A stretch of DNA of 24,000 nt from an uncultured Solirubrobacterales bacterium (GCA_963819075.1 CAWFUP010000006.1:302987-326986), one strand, 5' to 3'; positions 1 through 7,715 are shown, counted from the stretch's first letter. The notes: generated by a model not told the origin, from the letters alone. Numbers and translations are program-made.

Positions 1-1206
1 CACCGCCGGATGGGCGACGAGCGCCGACTCGACCTCGAAGGGCCCGATGCGGTAGCCGGCCGACATGATGACGTCGTCGTTGCGTCCCTCGAAGTAGAGG
101 TAGCCGTCGTCGTCGCGGCGCACGCGGTCGCCGGTGTGCCACGGGCCGCTCGGCGGCTCCTCGCCGAGATAGCGCAGGAAGAACGTCGGCACTGTAGTCG
201 GGTCAGCGATGAGCTCGCTGTCGATCACGTCCAGGGTCACGCCGGGGAGCGGGCGGCCCATCGAGCCGGGTCGCGCCGGCACGCCGAGCGGCATGGCCGT
301 CATCTGACCGGTCTCGGTCTGCCCGTACCCGTCGCGGATCTGCAGGCCGGTGACCTCCTCCCAGGCGCGGAGCACCTCGGGATTGAGCGCCTCGCCGGCG
401 GCCACCATCCCGCGTAGCGCCGGGAGTCGGCGCAGCTCGGCCCGCTTGGCGATTACGCGGTACTCGGTCGGGGCCATGCACAGGATGTTCACCCGCTCGC
501 GCGCGAGCAACTCGAGGCGCTCGTGCGCGTCGAAGCGCGCGTCGTGCAACAGGGCGGCGGCGCCGCGCAGCCAGGGGGCGATGAACACGTTGCGGGCCGA
601 CTTCGACCAGCCGCTCGCGGCGGTGCACCACACGACCTCGCCGGCTCGGGGGCCAAGCCAGTGCTCTGCCTGAACGCGCTGGCCGGCGAGGTAACGCTGG
701 CCGTGAAGCACGGCCTTCGGCTCGCCCGAGGTGCCGCTCGTGAACGTGATCAGGCACGGGTCGCTCGGTTGCAGCTCGGCGGCCGCGGCCGGCTCGCCCG
801 CGAACAGCGTCTCGTCGGGCACGAGCACGAGCGCGTCCTCGCTCAGGCCGGCGTTCGCGAGCTCCGTTGCGTTGCGCTGATCGGCGATGACGAGGCTCGG
901 GTCGGCGACGGTGAGGCGCAGGCGCAGGTCCTTCGCGCGCAGCTGCTCGCTGCACGGCAGCACGACGGCCCCGAGGCGAAAGCAGGCGCACATCGCCAGC
1001 ACCCATTCGGGACGGTTGCCGATGACCGTCATGACGACGTCGCCGCGGCGCACGCCGCGACGCGCGAGCGCCCCGGCGAGCCGGGCGCTTCGGCCGGCCA
1101 TCTCGCCGTAGGTGAAGCGGCGACGCTCGCCGTCGCGCGTCAGCTCGACGAGCGCGATTTCCGCCGCCGGAGCGGCATCGAGGACGTCGCGGGCAAAGTT
1201 GCTCAC
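1..1206 (-). CDS. Acyl-CoA synthetase (AMP-forming, medium-chain/ACSM-like). The C-terminal end runs off the left edge of the window.
   Basis: Hand translation of the minus strand in the frame ending at 1206 is uninterrupted. It starts with GTG (1206-1204): MSNFARDVLD. It contains FTSGTSGEPK (AMP-binding motif), DGYGQTET and WHTGDRVRRDDDGYLYFEGRNDDVIMSAGYRIGPFEVESAL. It is absent from the ORF track because it has no stop inside the window. Its start overlaps the stop of the upstream thioesterase in a GTGA (1203-1206). Confidence 0.9.
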   Translation of the reverse strand, partial: MSNFARDVLDAAPAAEIALVELTRDGERRRFTYGEMAGRSARLAGALARRGVRRGDVVMTVIGNRPEWVLAMCACFRLGAVVLPCSEQLRAKDLRLRLTVADPSLVIADQRNATELANAGLSEDALVLVPDETLFAGEPAAAAELQPSDPCLITFTSGTSGEPKAVLHGQRYLAGQRVQAEHWLGPRAGEVVWCTAASGWSKSARNVFIAPWLRGAAALLHDARFDAHERLELLARERVNILCMAPTEYRVIAKRAELRRLPALRGMVAAGEALNPEVLRAWEEVTGLQIRDGYGQTETGQMTAMPLGVPARPGSMGRPLPGVTLDVIDSELIADPTTVPTFFLRYLGEEPPSGPWHTGDRVRRDDDGYLYFEGRNDDVIMSAGYRIGPFEVESALVAHPAV

Positions 1207-1631
1207 AGGATCATCTGGGTGCACACAAAGATGGCCATGAGACGGTCCGGAGTGCCATCCGCGGGGCGGTGCACCCGAACCTCCCAGACCTGCGTGCGCG
1301 CGCCGGCGTGCAGCAGCTCGCCGACACCGATGAGCTCGTCCCCGGGGCGCCCCGCGCTCAGCACGTTCGTCTTCAGCTCGACCGTCGTGAAGCTGCGCTC
1401 GGGGGGGAGGTGGCGCATCGTGCCCCAGGCGGCGACGGTGTCGGCGAACGCGACCCAGCAGCCGCCATGCACGTAGCCGCCGGGATGCAGGTGGCGCTCA
1501 TCGACGAGCATCCGTCCCCGCACGGTCGCGTCGGTGATCTCGAGCAGCTCGATGCCGAGCGCGCCAGGGAAGGTGTCGGTGAGCGCCTGCGCGCTCGCGG
1601 CAACGGTGATCGCTGGGTTCGTGACGGACAC
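1203..1631 (-). CDS. PaaI/hotdog-fold acyl-CoA thioesterase
   Basis: This is the C-terminal 142 codons of ORF 1203..1850. The sequence LGIELLEITDATVRGRMLVDERHLHPGGYVHGGCWVAFADTVAAWG...TVELKTNVLSAG...ARTQVWEVRV shows the typical PaaI pattern. I chose the GTG at 1631 as start because third-position GC drops upstream (1632-1757) and the longer N-terminus is not PaaI-like. The start is uncertain; an ATG at 1757 is the alternative. Confidence 0.75.
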   Translation of the reverse strand: MSVTNPAITVAASAQALTDTFPGALGIELLEITDATVRGRMLVDERHLHPGGYVHGGCWVAFADTVAAWGTMRHLPPERSFTTVELKTNVLSAGRPGDELIGVGELLHAGARTQVWEVRVHRPADGTPDRLMAIFVCTQMIL

Positions 1632-1755
1632 AGCGTCGAGCAGTTTGCCATTTTCGCCGCGGGCGGCGATCGGTGGCGGCCGCGCCGGATGGCCGCCGGT
1701 ATCCTTCCTCGACCACTTCCGAGCGAGTACATCCGACCCTGGAGCACTGTCCAAC

Positions 1756-2967
1756 ATGGCCGTAGCCGCCCCGTACACCGAGTACACCGACGAACAGAAG
1801 GCGATCACCGAGATGGTGCGCCAGTTCGCCGACGAGCAGATCCTGCCCAACGCCGAGCACTACGACCACGAGGACGAATTCCCCGATCCGATCGTCGAGC
1901 AGATGAAGGAGCTCGGCCTGTTCGGCGTCACGATCCCCGAGGAGTACGGGGGTATGGGGCTCGACCTCACGACCTACGCGATGATCATCGAGGAGCTCTC
2001 GCGCGGGTGGATCTCGATCTCGGGCGTCGTGAACACGCACTTCATCGGGTCCTACCTGCTGATGAAGTTCGGCACCGACGAGCAGAAGCAGAAGTACCTC
2101 CCGCGCATGGCCACCGGCGAGATCCGCGCTGCGTTCTCGCTGTCCGAGCCCGAGCTCGGCTCCGACGTGCAGGCGATCAAGACGTCGGCCAAGAAGCTCG
2201 ACGACGGCGCGTACGAGATCAACGGCCAGAAGATGTGGGTGACGAACGGCCTGCGCTCCTCGCTCGTGTTCGTGCTCGTCAAGACCGATCCGAACGCCGA
2301 CCCGAGGCATAAGGGATTCACCTGCTTCATCGCCGAGAAGGAGGCCGGCGCGAGCGAGAACACCGGCGAATACAAGGGCCTGAACGTGCCGCCGCAGATC
2401 AAGAAGCTCGGCTACAAGGGCGTCGAGTCGACCGAGCTCGTGTTCGATGGCTACCGCTGCCCGGCCGAGAACATCCTCGGGGGCGAGGAGGCGGGCCTGA
2501 ACCGCGGCTTCGCGCAGATGATGGACGCGCTCGAGGTCGGCCGCGTCAACGTCGCCGCCCGTGGGGTCGGCATCGCCCAGCGCGCGCTCGAGCTGGCGCT
2601 GCGCTACTCGCAGGAGCGCAAGACGTTCGGCAAGCCGATCGCCGAGCATCAGGCGATCCAGTTCAAGCTCGCCGACATGGCTACGCAGGTCGAGGCCGCG
2701 CGGCTGCTGACGCTGCGCGCCGCGCGCCTGAAGGACGCGGGCGAGCGCTCGGATCTCGAGGCCGGGATGGCCAAGCTGTTCGCGTCGGAGGCCGGGCGCT
2801 TCTGCGTCGAGGAGTCCTTCCGCATCCATGGCGGCTACGGCTACTCCAAGGAGTACGAGATCGAGCGCCTGTACCGCGACGCGCCGCTGCTGCTCATCGG
2901 TGAGGGCACGTCGGAGATCCAGCGCATGGTCATCGGCCGCAAGCTACTGCAGCGCCACAAGATCTAG
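1756..2967 (+). CDS. Acyl-CoA dehydrogenase (FAD-dependent)
   Basis: This is the internal ATG of ORF 1534..2967. The sequence MAVAAPYTEYTDEQKAITEMVRQFADEQILPNAEHYDHEDEFP...GSDVQAIKTSA...INGQKMWVTNG...IHGGYGYSKEYEIERLYRDAPLLLIGEGTSEIQRMVIGRKLL is a full-length ACAD with the C-terminal catalytic-Glu motif. Confidence 0.95.
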   Translation: MAVAAPYTEYTDEQKAITEMVRQFADEQILPNAEHYDHEDEFPDPIVEQMKELGLFGVTIPEEYGGMGLDLTTYAMIIEELSRGWISISGVVNTHFIGSYLLMKFGTDEQKQKYLPRMATGEIRAAFSLSEPELGSDVQAIKTSAKKLDDGAYEINGQKMWVTNGLRSSLVFVLVKTDPNADPRHKGFTCFIAEKEAGASENTGEYKGLNVPPQIKKLGYKGVESTELVFDGYRCPAENILGGEEAGLNRGFAQMMDALEVGRVNVAARGVGIAQRALELALRYSQERKTFGKPIAEHQAIQFKLADMATQVEAARLLTLRAARLKDAGERSDLEAGMAKLFASEAGRFCVEESFRIHGGYGYSKEYEIERLYRDAPLLLIGEGTSEIQRMVIGRKLLQRHKI

Positions 2968-2978
2968 GCGCTGCGGAG

Positions 2979-3359
2979 ATGAGCGGCGAGGACGCAAAGA
3001 CCCTGATCGAGACGGCGACGCGCAACTTCCTCGGCGAGGTTCCCGCGCTCGCCCCGATGAAGCTCGTCGTCGGCGTCGACCTGCGCGGGCGCGGTGACCT
3101 GCAGCAGTTTCGCCTCGAGCTGCCGGACATCACGGTGACGAAGGACACCGCGGCCGACGCCAAGGTCCGCGTCGAGATGCAGCGGGCGTTCTTCAACGTA
3201 ATGGCCGTCGATGGCAAGGTGCCCGACTGGATCGAGGCCTTCACGTACGGGCAGGCCAAGGCCACCGGCCCGTCGCAGATCCTGCGCCTGATCGTGAACG
3301 TCGTCGAGAAGCACGAGGAGCGACAGCGGCTGCGCCGGGCGAAGCCGCACCCGGCGTGA
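2979..3359 (+). CDS. SCP2 (sterol carrier protein 2)-like lipid-binding domain protein
   Basis: A 126-aa ORF starts 11 nt after the ACAD stop. The pattern VVGVDLRGRGDLQQFRLELPD...AKVRVEMQRAFFNVMAVDGKVPDWIEAFTYGQAKATGPSQILRLI resembles the SCP2 fold signature. The assignment is by eye only. Confidence 0.6.
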   Translation: MSGEDAKTLIETATRNFLGEVPALAPMKLVVGVDLRGRGDLQQFRLELPDITVTKDTAADAKVRVEMQRAFFNVMAVDGKVPDWIEAFTYGQAKATGPSQILRLIVNVVEKHEERQRLRRAKPHPA

Positions 3360-3397
3360 CGCCCTTGGCCGCGTCGCGCGACGGGGCGCCGCGGCGC

Positions 3398-3487
3398 TCA
3401 GCGGTACGTCAGGATCTGCTGCGCAAGGAACGCGAGCGACAGCACCATGAAGATGACCATCGCGATGAGTGAGAAGTTCTCGTTCAT
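3398..3487 (-). CDS. Candidate 29-aa small hydrophobic membrane protein (MNENFSLIAMVIFMVLSLAFLAQQILTYR)
   Basis: It is too short for the ORF track. ATG is at 3487-3485 and TGA at 3400-3398. A strong Shine-Dalgarno GGAGAGGA lies 5 nt upstream on the minus strand (3493-3500). Of the 28 codons after the ATG, 26 end in G or C, matching the coding bias of neighbouring genes. There is one predicted transmembrane helix. Confidence 0.5.
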   Translation of the reverse strand: MNENFSLIAMVIFMVLSLAFLAQQILTYR

Positions 3488-3599
3488 GTCGTCCTCTCCG
3501 CGGCTCGAGCACCGCTAGGCGGCATCATCGCAGTTTCGCAGGCGCGGATTGCGATCCTGCGGTTGACGTCATGTTGAGCTCGCCGGCCATGCCGCCGGA

Positions 3600-4347
3600 T
3601 CAGGGCTGGCAGCGGGGGCACCAGTAGGTCGTGCGCCCGCCAACCTGGGCCCGCTCGAGCTCGTGCCCGCATCGCGGGCAGGTGCCATCGCGACCGCGCG
3701 CGGCGACGAACGCGCCGGTGTGCGCGCCGCCCTTGCGGATGGCCGAGCGGATCGCGGAGCGCGTCTCGCGGCGCAGGCGGTCGAGCTCCTCGGTGGACAG
3801 CTCGTTGACGGGGCGGCGGGGGTCGAGGCGGGCCTGCCACAGCGCCTGGTCGGCGAGCAGGTTGCCGACGCCGGCGAGCGCGGATTGGTCGAGCAGCCGT
3901 GCCTTGATCGGCGCGCGTCCGGCGCCGACCCGACGGCGGAAGTCCTCGCGGCCGATGTCGGCGGCGTCCGGGCCGACGTGCTCGTGGTCGGGGTTGAGCA
4001 CCGCCCGGCCGAGCCGGCGACGGTCGCGCAGGGCCAGTCGCGTACCGTCTTCGAACTCGACCGCGAAGCGGTCCCAGTGTGGTCGCTCGCCGGGGCCGTC
4101 GAGCACGATGCTGGCCGGCCATCCCGAGGTGCAGGCCGAGCGTCGGACCGTCGACGGTGTCCAGCCACAGGAACTTGCCTCGCCGGTGCGCGGCCGCCAC
4201 CTCGTGGCCGGTGAGCGCCGCGGCGATCTCGCCGGGGGCGTGGGGGCGGCTGACGTAGGTGTCGCGGTCGTCGACGGCGACGATGCGCTTGCCGACGACG
4301 CGCTCGAGGGTCTGGCGGGCGCGCTCGGCCTCGGGGAGCTCGGGCAC
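3600..4347 (-). pseudogene. Fpg/Nei-family DNA glycosylase (formamidopyrimidine/endonuclease VIII type), interrupted by a 1-nt insertion near 4113
   Basis: The N-terminus, in the frame of ORF 3484..4347, starts with GTG and reads MPELPEAERARQTLE...LGLHLGMAG. The rest is in the frame of ORF 3600..5192: SIVLDGPGERPHW...APIKARLLDQSALAGVGNLLADQALW...CPRCGHELERAQVGGRTTYWCPRCQP, which includes the H2TH motif and a Cys4 zinc finger. The junction falls inside the conserved HLGM(S/A)GS motif. The span is 748 nt, which is 3n+1. Confidence 0.85.
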
Positions 4348-4387
4348 CGCCTCAGCGTAGGACGGTGCCCGGAGCCGCCCGGGTGGG

Positions 4388-5155
4388 CTACGACCAGGCC
4401 GCCGGCTCTGCGTACATCAGCGAGCCCGGCGTGGTCAGCAGCTCGCCGGTCTCGAGGAGCGTCTTCAGGCCGGAGAGGATCATCGGCCAACCGCCGTACA
4501 GCTGAGCGTTGGCGCCCTCCCGCAACTGGTCGTGGGTGACGGTCAGCTGGCAGGAGTCGCCGATCGGCTCGATCTCCCACGTCACGCGCGAGGTGCCCTC
4601 GGCCTGGACGTCCTCGCCCCACAACGCGTCGAAGCTCTGCACGAGCCGGCGGGGCGGATCGACCTCGAGGTTCTCGCCGCCGAGGATCGCTCGCTCGCCG
4701 ACCAGGCCCTGATAGGCCGAACCGGTCGTCCAGTCGGAGTGCACCTGGACGCCGAAGTTGTACTTCGCGCGCATTTCCGGGTCGGTGATCGCCTCCCACA
4801 GCCGCTCGGGCGTGGTCTTGATGTAGATCTCGAACACCTTTTCCATCACGTCCTCCTCGATCGTCTTCTTGAGCCCGGTGAGGGTCGCGGCCCAGGGCTC
4901 GGCGTACTTGCTCACCCACCGGTCGTGGACGAGCCGGATAGGGACGACGTTGAGGAAATGCAGCTTCTCGCGGCCGCGCTTCTTGGTGACCACGAGACCT
5001 GCGTCCTCTAGCACCCTGAGGTGCTTCATGACCCCGAAACGGGTCATCGGCAGGCGCTCCTCGAGCGCCCTCAGCGTCTGCCCGTCCTCGCGGAAGAGCT
5101 CGTCGAGCAGGCTCCGCCGGGTGGGGTCGGCCAGCGCCTTGAACACGTCGTCCAT
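4388..5155 (-). CDS. ArsR-family HTH transcriptional regulator fused to an SRPBCC/AHSA1 (Aha1-like) domain
   Basis: MDDVFKALADPTRRSLLDELF...LPMTRFGVMKHLRVLEDAGLV is an ArsR winged helix. VFEIYIKTTPERLWEAITDPEMRAKYNF...QLYGGWPMILSGLKTLLETG is an SRPBCC domain. I placed the start at ATG 5155 because of the promoter geometry described in the next feature. Upstream in-frame starts at 5167 (ATG) and 5185 (GTG) lie inside the -10 box and the operator. Confidence 0.85.
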   Translation of the reverse strand: MDDVFKALADPTRRSLLDELFREDGQTLRALEERLPMTRFGVMKHLRVLEDAGLVVTKKRGREKLHFLNVVPIRLVHDRWVSKYAEPWAATLTGLKKTIEEDVMEKVFEIYIKTTPERLWEAITDPEMRAKYNFGVQVHSDWTTGSAYQGLVGERAILGGENLEVDPPRRLVQSFDALWGEDVQAEGTSRVTWEIEPIGDSCQLTVTHDQLREGANAQLYGGWPMILSGLKTLLETGELLTTPGSLMYAEPAAWS

Positions 5156-5162
5156 GGTCCCG

Positions 5163-5192
5163 AGCATACGTGACCAAATAGTCACATGTCAA
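5163..5192 (-). promoter_or_regulatory. Putative sigma70/SigA-type promoter with an embedded inverted-repeat operator for the ArsR-SRPBCC gene, driving a leaderless transcript
   Basis: The minus strand reads TTGACA (5192-5187), an 18-nt spacer, TATGCT (5168-5163), 7 nt, then ATG (5155). The spacer contains a perfect inverted repeat GTGAC-N6-GTCAC (5185-5170). Confidence 0.45.
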
Positions 5193-5194
5193 GC

Positions 5195-5227
5195 GAAAGA
5201 AAACGCCGCACCCGAGCGGGCGCGGCG
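5195..5227 (-). terminator. Rho-independent terminator of the lyase/ligase/ferredoxin operon
   Basis: The minus strand reads CGCCGCGCCC-GCTC-GGGTGCGGCG. This is a 10-bp stem with one G-U pair and a 4-nt loop, followed by TTTTCTTTC. It lies 30 nt after the stop at 5257. Confidence 0.7.
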
Positions 5228-5256
5228 TTCGCAGGAACCTCCGAGCCGGGTCGGCG

Positions 5257-5508
5257 TCAGGCCAGAACGGCGGCGTCGTCGTACAGCTTGATCACCTTGA
5301 CCTGCCCCGGCTCGGTCGCGTCGAGGCACAGGCGGCAGAGCACGCACTCGTCGAGGTTCTTGTCGACGAGGTCGAGGGTCCCGTCGTCCTTCTGGGCAAA
5401 GATGTCGACGGGGCAGGCCTCCGTGAGCCTCGCGGCGATCGCGGCGTCGCCGGCCGCGGCGGCGTCGACCTCGACGGCGATGAAGGTTCCGTCCTTGCGC
5501 AGGCTCAT
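5257..5508 (-). CDS. Small ferredoxin-like protein with a single predicted [4Fe-4S] or [3Fe-4S] site
   Basis: The 83-aa sequence is MSLRKDGTFIAVEV...ACPVDIF...DECVLCRLCLD. A C-P motif is followed by CxxCxxC, resembling half of a dicluster ferredoxin. Its start overlaps the SucD-like stop in an ATGA (5505-5508). Confidence 0.7.
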   Translation of the reverse strand: MSLRKDGTFIAVEVDAAAAGDAAIAARLTEACPVDIFAQKDDGTLDLVDKNLDECVLCRLCLDATEPGQVKVIKLYDDAAVLA

Positions 5509-6428
5509 GCCGGGCTCCTCTCGGCGATCTTGTCCTTGATGATGCCCGGGATCGCCGAGATCTCCTCGGCTACGGTGATGCCGGCCTCGGCGAGGCGCGC
5601 GATCTTCTCGGTCGCGGTGTCCTCCTTGCCCTCGACGATCGTGCCGGCATGGCCGAAGCTCATGCCGGGCATCTCGTCCATGAAGCGGCCGGCCATGAAG
5701 GCGACGATCGGCAGGCGCGAGTTGTTCTCGGTCACCCAGCGGGCGAGCTCGGCCTCCATGCGCCCGCCCGGCTCGGTGTAGATGACGATGCCCTGCGTCT
5801 GCTCGTCGGCCTCGAACTGCGGCATCAGCTCGGCGTAGGAGGAGCCGATGATCGCGTCACCGCCGATCGACACGGCGGTCGACTGGCCGAGGCCGGCCGC
5901 GGTGAGGGTCGAGGACATCTCAGTCGTCATGCCGCCCGAGCGGGAGATGACGCCGATCGGGCCGGGCGTGTAGGCCTTCGCGGCGTCCTTGGCGGGACCG
6001 CCGATGCCGCCCATCTTGATGACGTCGGGGACGATGATGCCGAGGCAGTTGGGGCCGATGATGCGCGCGCCGCGCAGCGTCGCGAGCTCGACCATCTGCG
6101 CCACGTCGGCGCGCGGGATGCGCTCGGTGACGATGACGATGAGCTTGACGCCGTTCTCGATCGCCTCGAACACCGCGTCCTTGGTGAAGGCGGGGGGGAC
6201 CGTGACGACGCTGCCGTCGATCGGACTGCCGTGATGCTCGACGGCCTGCCCGACGGTGTCGAACACCGGCACGCCGTGGACGTCGCGGCCGAGGCGCCCC
6301 GGAGTCACACCGCCGACGACCTTCGCGCCGGCGCCGTAGTCGAGGCACTCTCGCGTGAGATTGACTGCCTCGCGGCCCGTGATGCCCTGGACGATGAACG
6401 TCGTGTTCTCGTCGATGAGGATGCTCAT
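5505..6428 (-). CDS. Succinyl-CoA synthetase alpha-subunit-like protein (acid-CoA ligase, ADP/GDP-forming, CoA-binding subunit)
   Basis: This is the internal ATG (6428) of ORF 5505..7319. The sequence reads MSILIDENTTFIVQGITGREA...VVGGVTPGR...VPVFDTV...IGPNCLGII...GVISRSGGMTTE...GQSTAVSIGGD...MSFGHAGTIV, with the phosphohistidine motif retained. It overlaps the beta-subunit gene in an ATGA (6425-6428). Confidence 0.9.
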   Translation of the reverse strand: MSILIDENTTFIVQGITGREAVNLTRECLDYGAGAKVVGGVTPGRLGRDVHGVPVFDTVGQAVEHHGSPIDGSVVTVPPAFTKDAVFEAIENGVKLIVIVTERIPRADVAQMVELATLRGARIIGPNCLGIIVPDVIKMGGIGGPAKDAAKAYTPGPIGVISRSGGMTTEMSSTLTAAGLGQSTAVSIGGDAIIGSSYAELMPQFEADEQTQGIVIYTEPGGRMEAELARWVTENNSRLPIVAFMAGRFMDEMPGMSFGHAGTIVEGKEDTATEKIARLAEAGITVAEEISAIPGIIKDKIAERSPA

Positions 6429-7633
6429 ACCGGGGCTCCGATCTTCTCGACGGCGCGCCCCGCCGCCTCGTGCAGCGACACCGAGCGGTCTGCGTAGTCG
6501 ACGCCGTACTTGCGCAGGATCTTGAAGCCTTCTTCCTCCCAGGCGCCGGGGATGCGGAAGATCGCGATCTTCTCCGCCGGGTCGTAGCCGAGCTCGAGGC
6601 ACGCCTTGATGACGCCGCGCGCGACGATGTCCACGCGCGTGTTGGAGACGATCGACATCATCACGGCGATCTTGTCGACGCCCGGCTTTTGCAGGACGAG
6701 CTTGGCCAGGCCGCAGGCCTTGGCCACCGACGGATTGCCGCCGATCTCGCAGTAGTTGGCCGGCTTGCCGCCGTGGGCCCGGACGGCGTCGAACAGCGTG
6801 AGCGAGCCGCCGCCGGCACCGATGACCAGACCGAGGTTGCCGTCGAACTCGGTGACGTTCCCGGCCACGCCGCGGTGGTCCTGGGCATCGACCTCCTCGC
6901 CGGCGAGCTCGAACGGCGTCGCCTCGCGGGCCTGGCGGGTCTCCTCGGATCCGACTCCGAGGTCCTTGAGAAGCTTGGCCTGGCGGGGCCGGCCCTCGTT
7001 CTCCATCTCCATGTGTGCGTCGAGCGCCACGAAGCTGCCGTCCTGCAGCTCGCCGATCGGGTTGATCTCGGCGAGCGTCATGTCGTACTGGACGAACAGG
7101 CGCGCGAGTCGCGTCAGGATCGGGACGAGCTTGTTCAGGCGCGAGCCGGTCACGCCGGTCGCCGCGATCACCTGCTTGGCCTGGAAGTCCGAGAGCGGCA
7201 GGATGTTCGAGAAGTGGCCGCGCCCGACGTGGTCGGGGTGCGTGGCGGCGACCTCCTCGATGTCGATGCCGCCCATGTCGCTGAACAGCATCACCGGCTT
7301 CTTGCGGATGCCATCCCACACGACCCCGGCGTAGTACTCCTGCTTGACGTCGGCCTTCGGGTCGACGAGCACGCCACGCGGCATGTGCCCGTTGATCTCG
7401 AGCTTCAGGACGTTGGCGGCGTGCGCCTCGGCCTCCTCGGGCGTGTCGGCGAACTGCACACCGCCGGCCTTCATGCGGCCGCCGCTGAGGACCTGGGACT
7501 TGATGACCGTCGGCCCGCCGATGCGCCCGGCGATGCTGCGCGCCTCGCCAGCGTCGGTCGTGAAGCCGTAGTCGGTGACGGGGATGCCGGCGCGCTTGAC
7601 GATCTCGCGCGCCTCGTACTCGTAGAAGCGCAT
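6425..7633 (-). CDS. Succinyl-CoA synthetase beta-subunit-like ATP-grasp protein (divergent; substrate not assignable)
   Basis: MRFYEYEAREIVKRAGIPV...VIKSQVLSGGRMKAGGVQFA...LAEINPI...ALDAHMEMENE shows an ATP-grasp domain. The C-terminal domain reads LVIGAGGGSLTLFDAVRAHGGKPANYCEIGGNPS. That differs from the canonical SucC NGAGLAM...PANFLDVGGGA. By eye it resembles the AGGGAS...ANYGEYSG.PS pattern of ATP-citrate lyase and citryl-CoA synthetase. Confidence 0.9.
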   Translation of the reverse strand: MRFYEYEAREIVKRAGIPVTDYGFTTDAGEARSIAGRIGGPTVIKSQVLSGGRMKAGGVQFADTPEEAEAHAANVLKLEINGHMPRGVLVDPKADVKQEYYAGVVWDGIRKKPVMLFSDMGGIDIEEVAATHPDHVGRGHFSNILPLSDFQAKQVIAATGVTGSRLNKLVPILTRLARLFVQYDMTLAEINPIGELQDGSFVALDAHMEMENEGRPRQAKLLKDLGVGSEETRQAREATPFELAGEEVDAQDHRGVAGNVTEFDGNLGLVIGAGGGSLTLFDAVRAHGGKPANYCEIGGNPSVAKACGLAKLVLQKPGVDKIAVMMSIVSNTRVDIVARGVIKACLELGYDPAEKIAIFRIPGAWEEEGFKILRKYGVDYADRSVSLHEAAGRAVEKIGAPV

Positions 7634-7715
7634 GGCTGGTGGGGTGCTCCCTGCTAGTGGGCTCGGCGGCCGGGAACCCTAGCGGGTGCGCGGCCGCGAC
7701 GATGAGCCGGCGTCG

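Noticed and set aside
1632-1757. A long form of the thioesterase starting at ATG 1757, whose start codon would overlap the divergent ACAD ATG (1756) base for base.
   Set aside because: Third-position GC in 1632-1757 drops to roughly 70% by my count, against more than 90% in genuine genes here. The encoded extension (MLDSAPGSDVLARKWSRKDTGG...) is not PaaI-like. The region more likely holds the divergent promoters. It is kept as an alternative start only.
1498-2829. A 443-aa minus-strand ORF antisense to the acyl-CoA dehydrogenase. Similar long shadow ORFs occur elsewhere, for example 203..1006 (-), 523..1476 (+) and 1269..2312 (+).
   Set aside because: Their composition is dominated by Arg, Ala, Gly and Pro with no recognisable motifs. 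The overlapping frames carry clear ACAD, synthetase and thioesterase signatures. Long stop-free antisense frames are expected in DNA this GC-rich.
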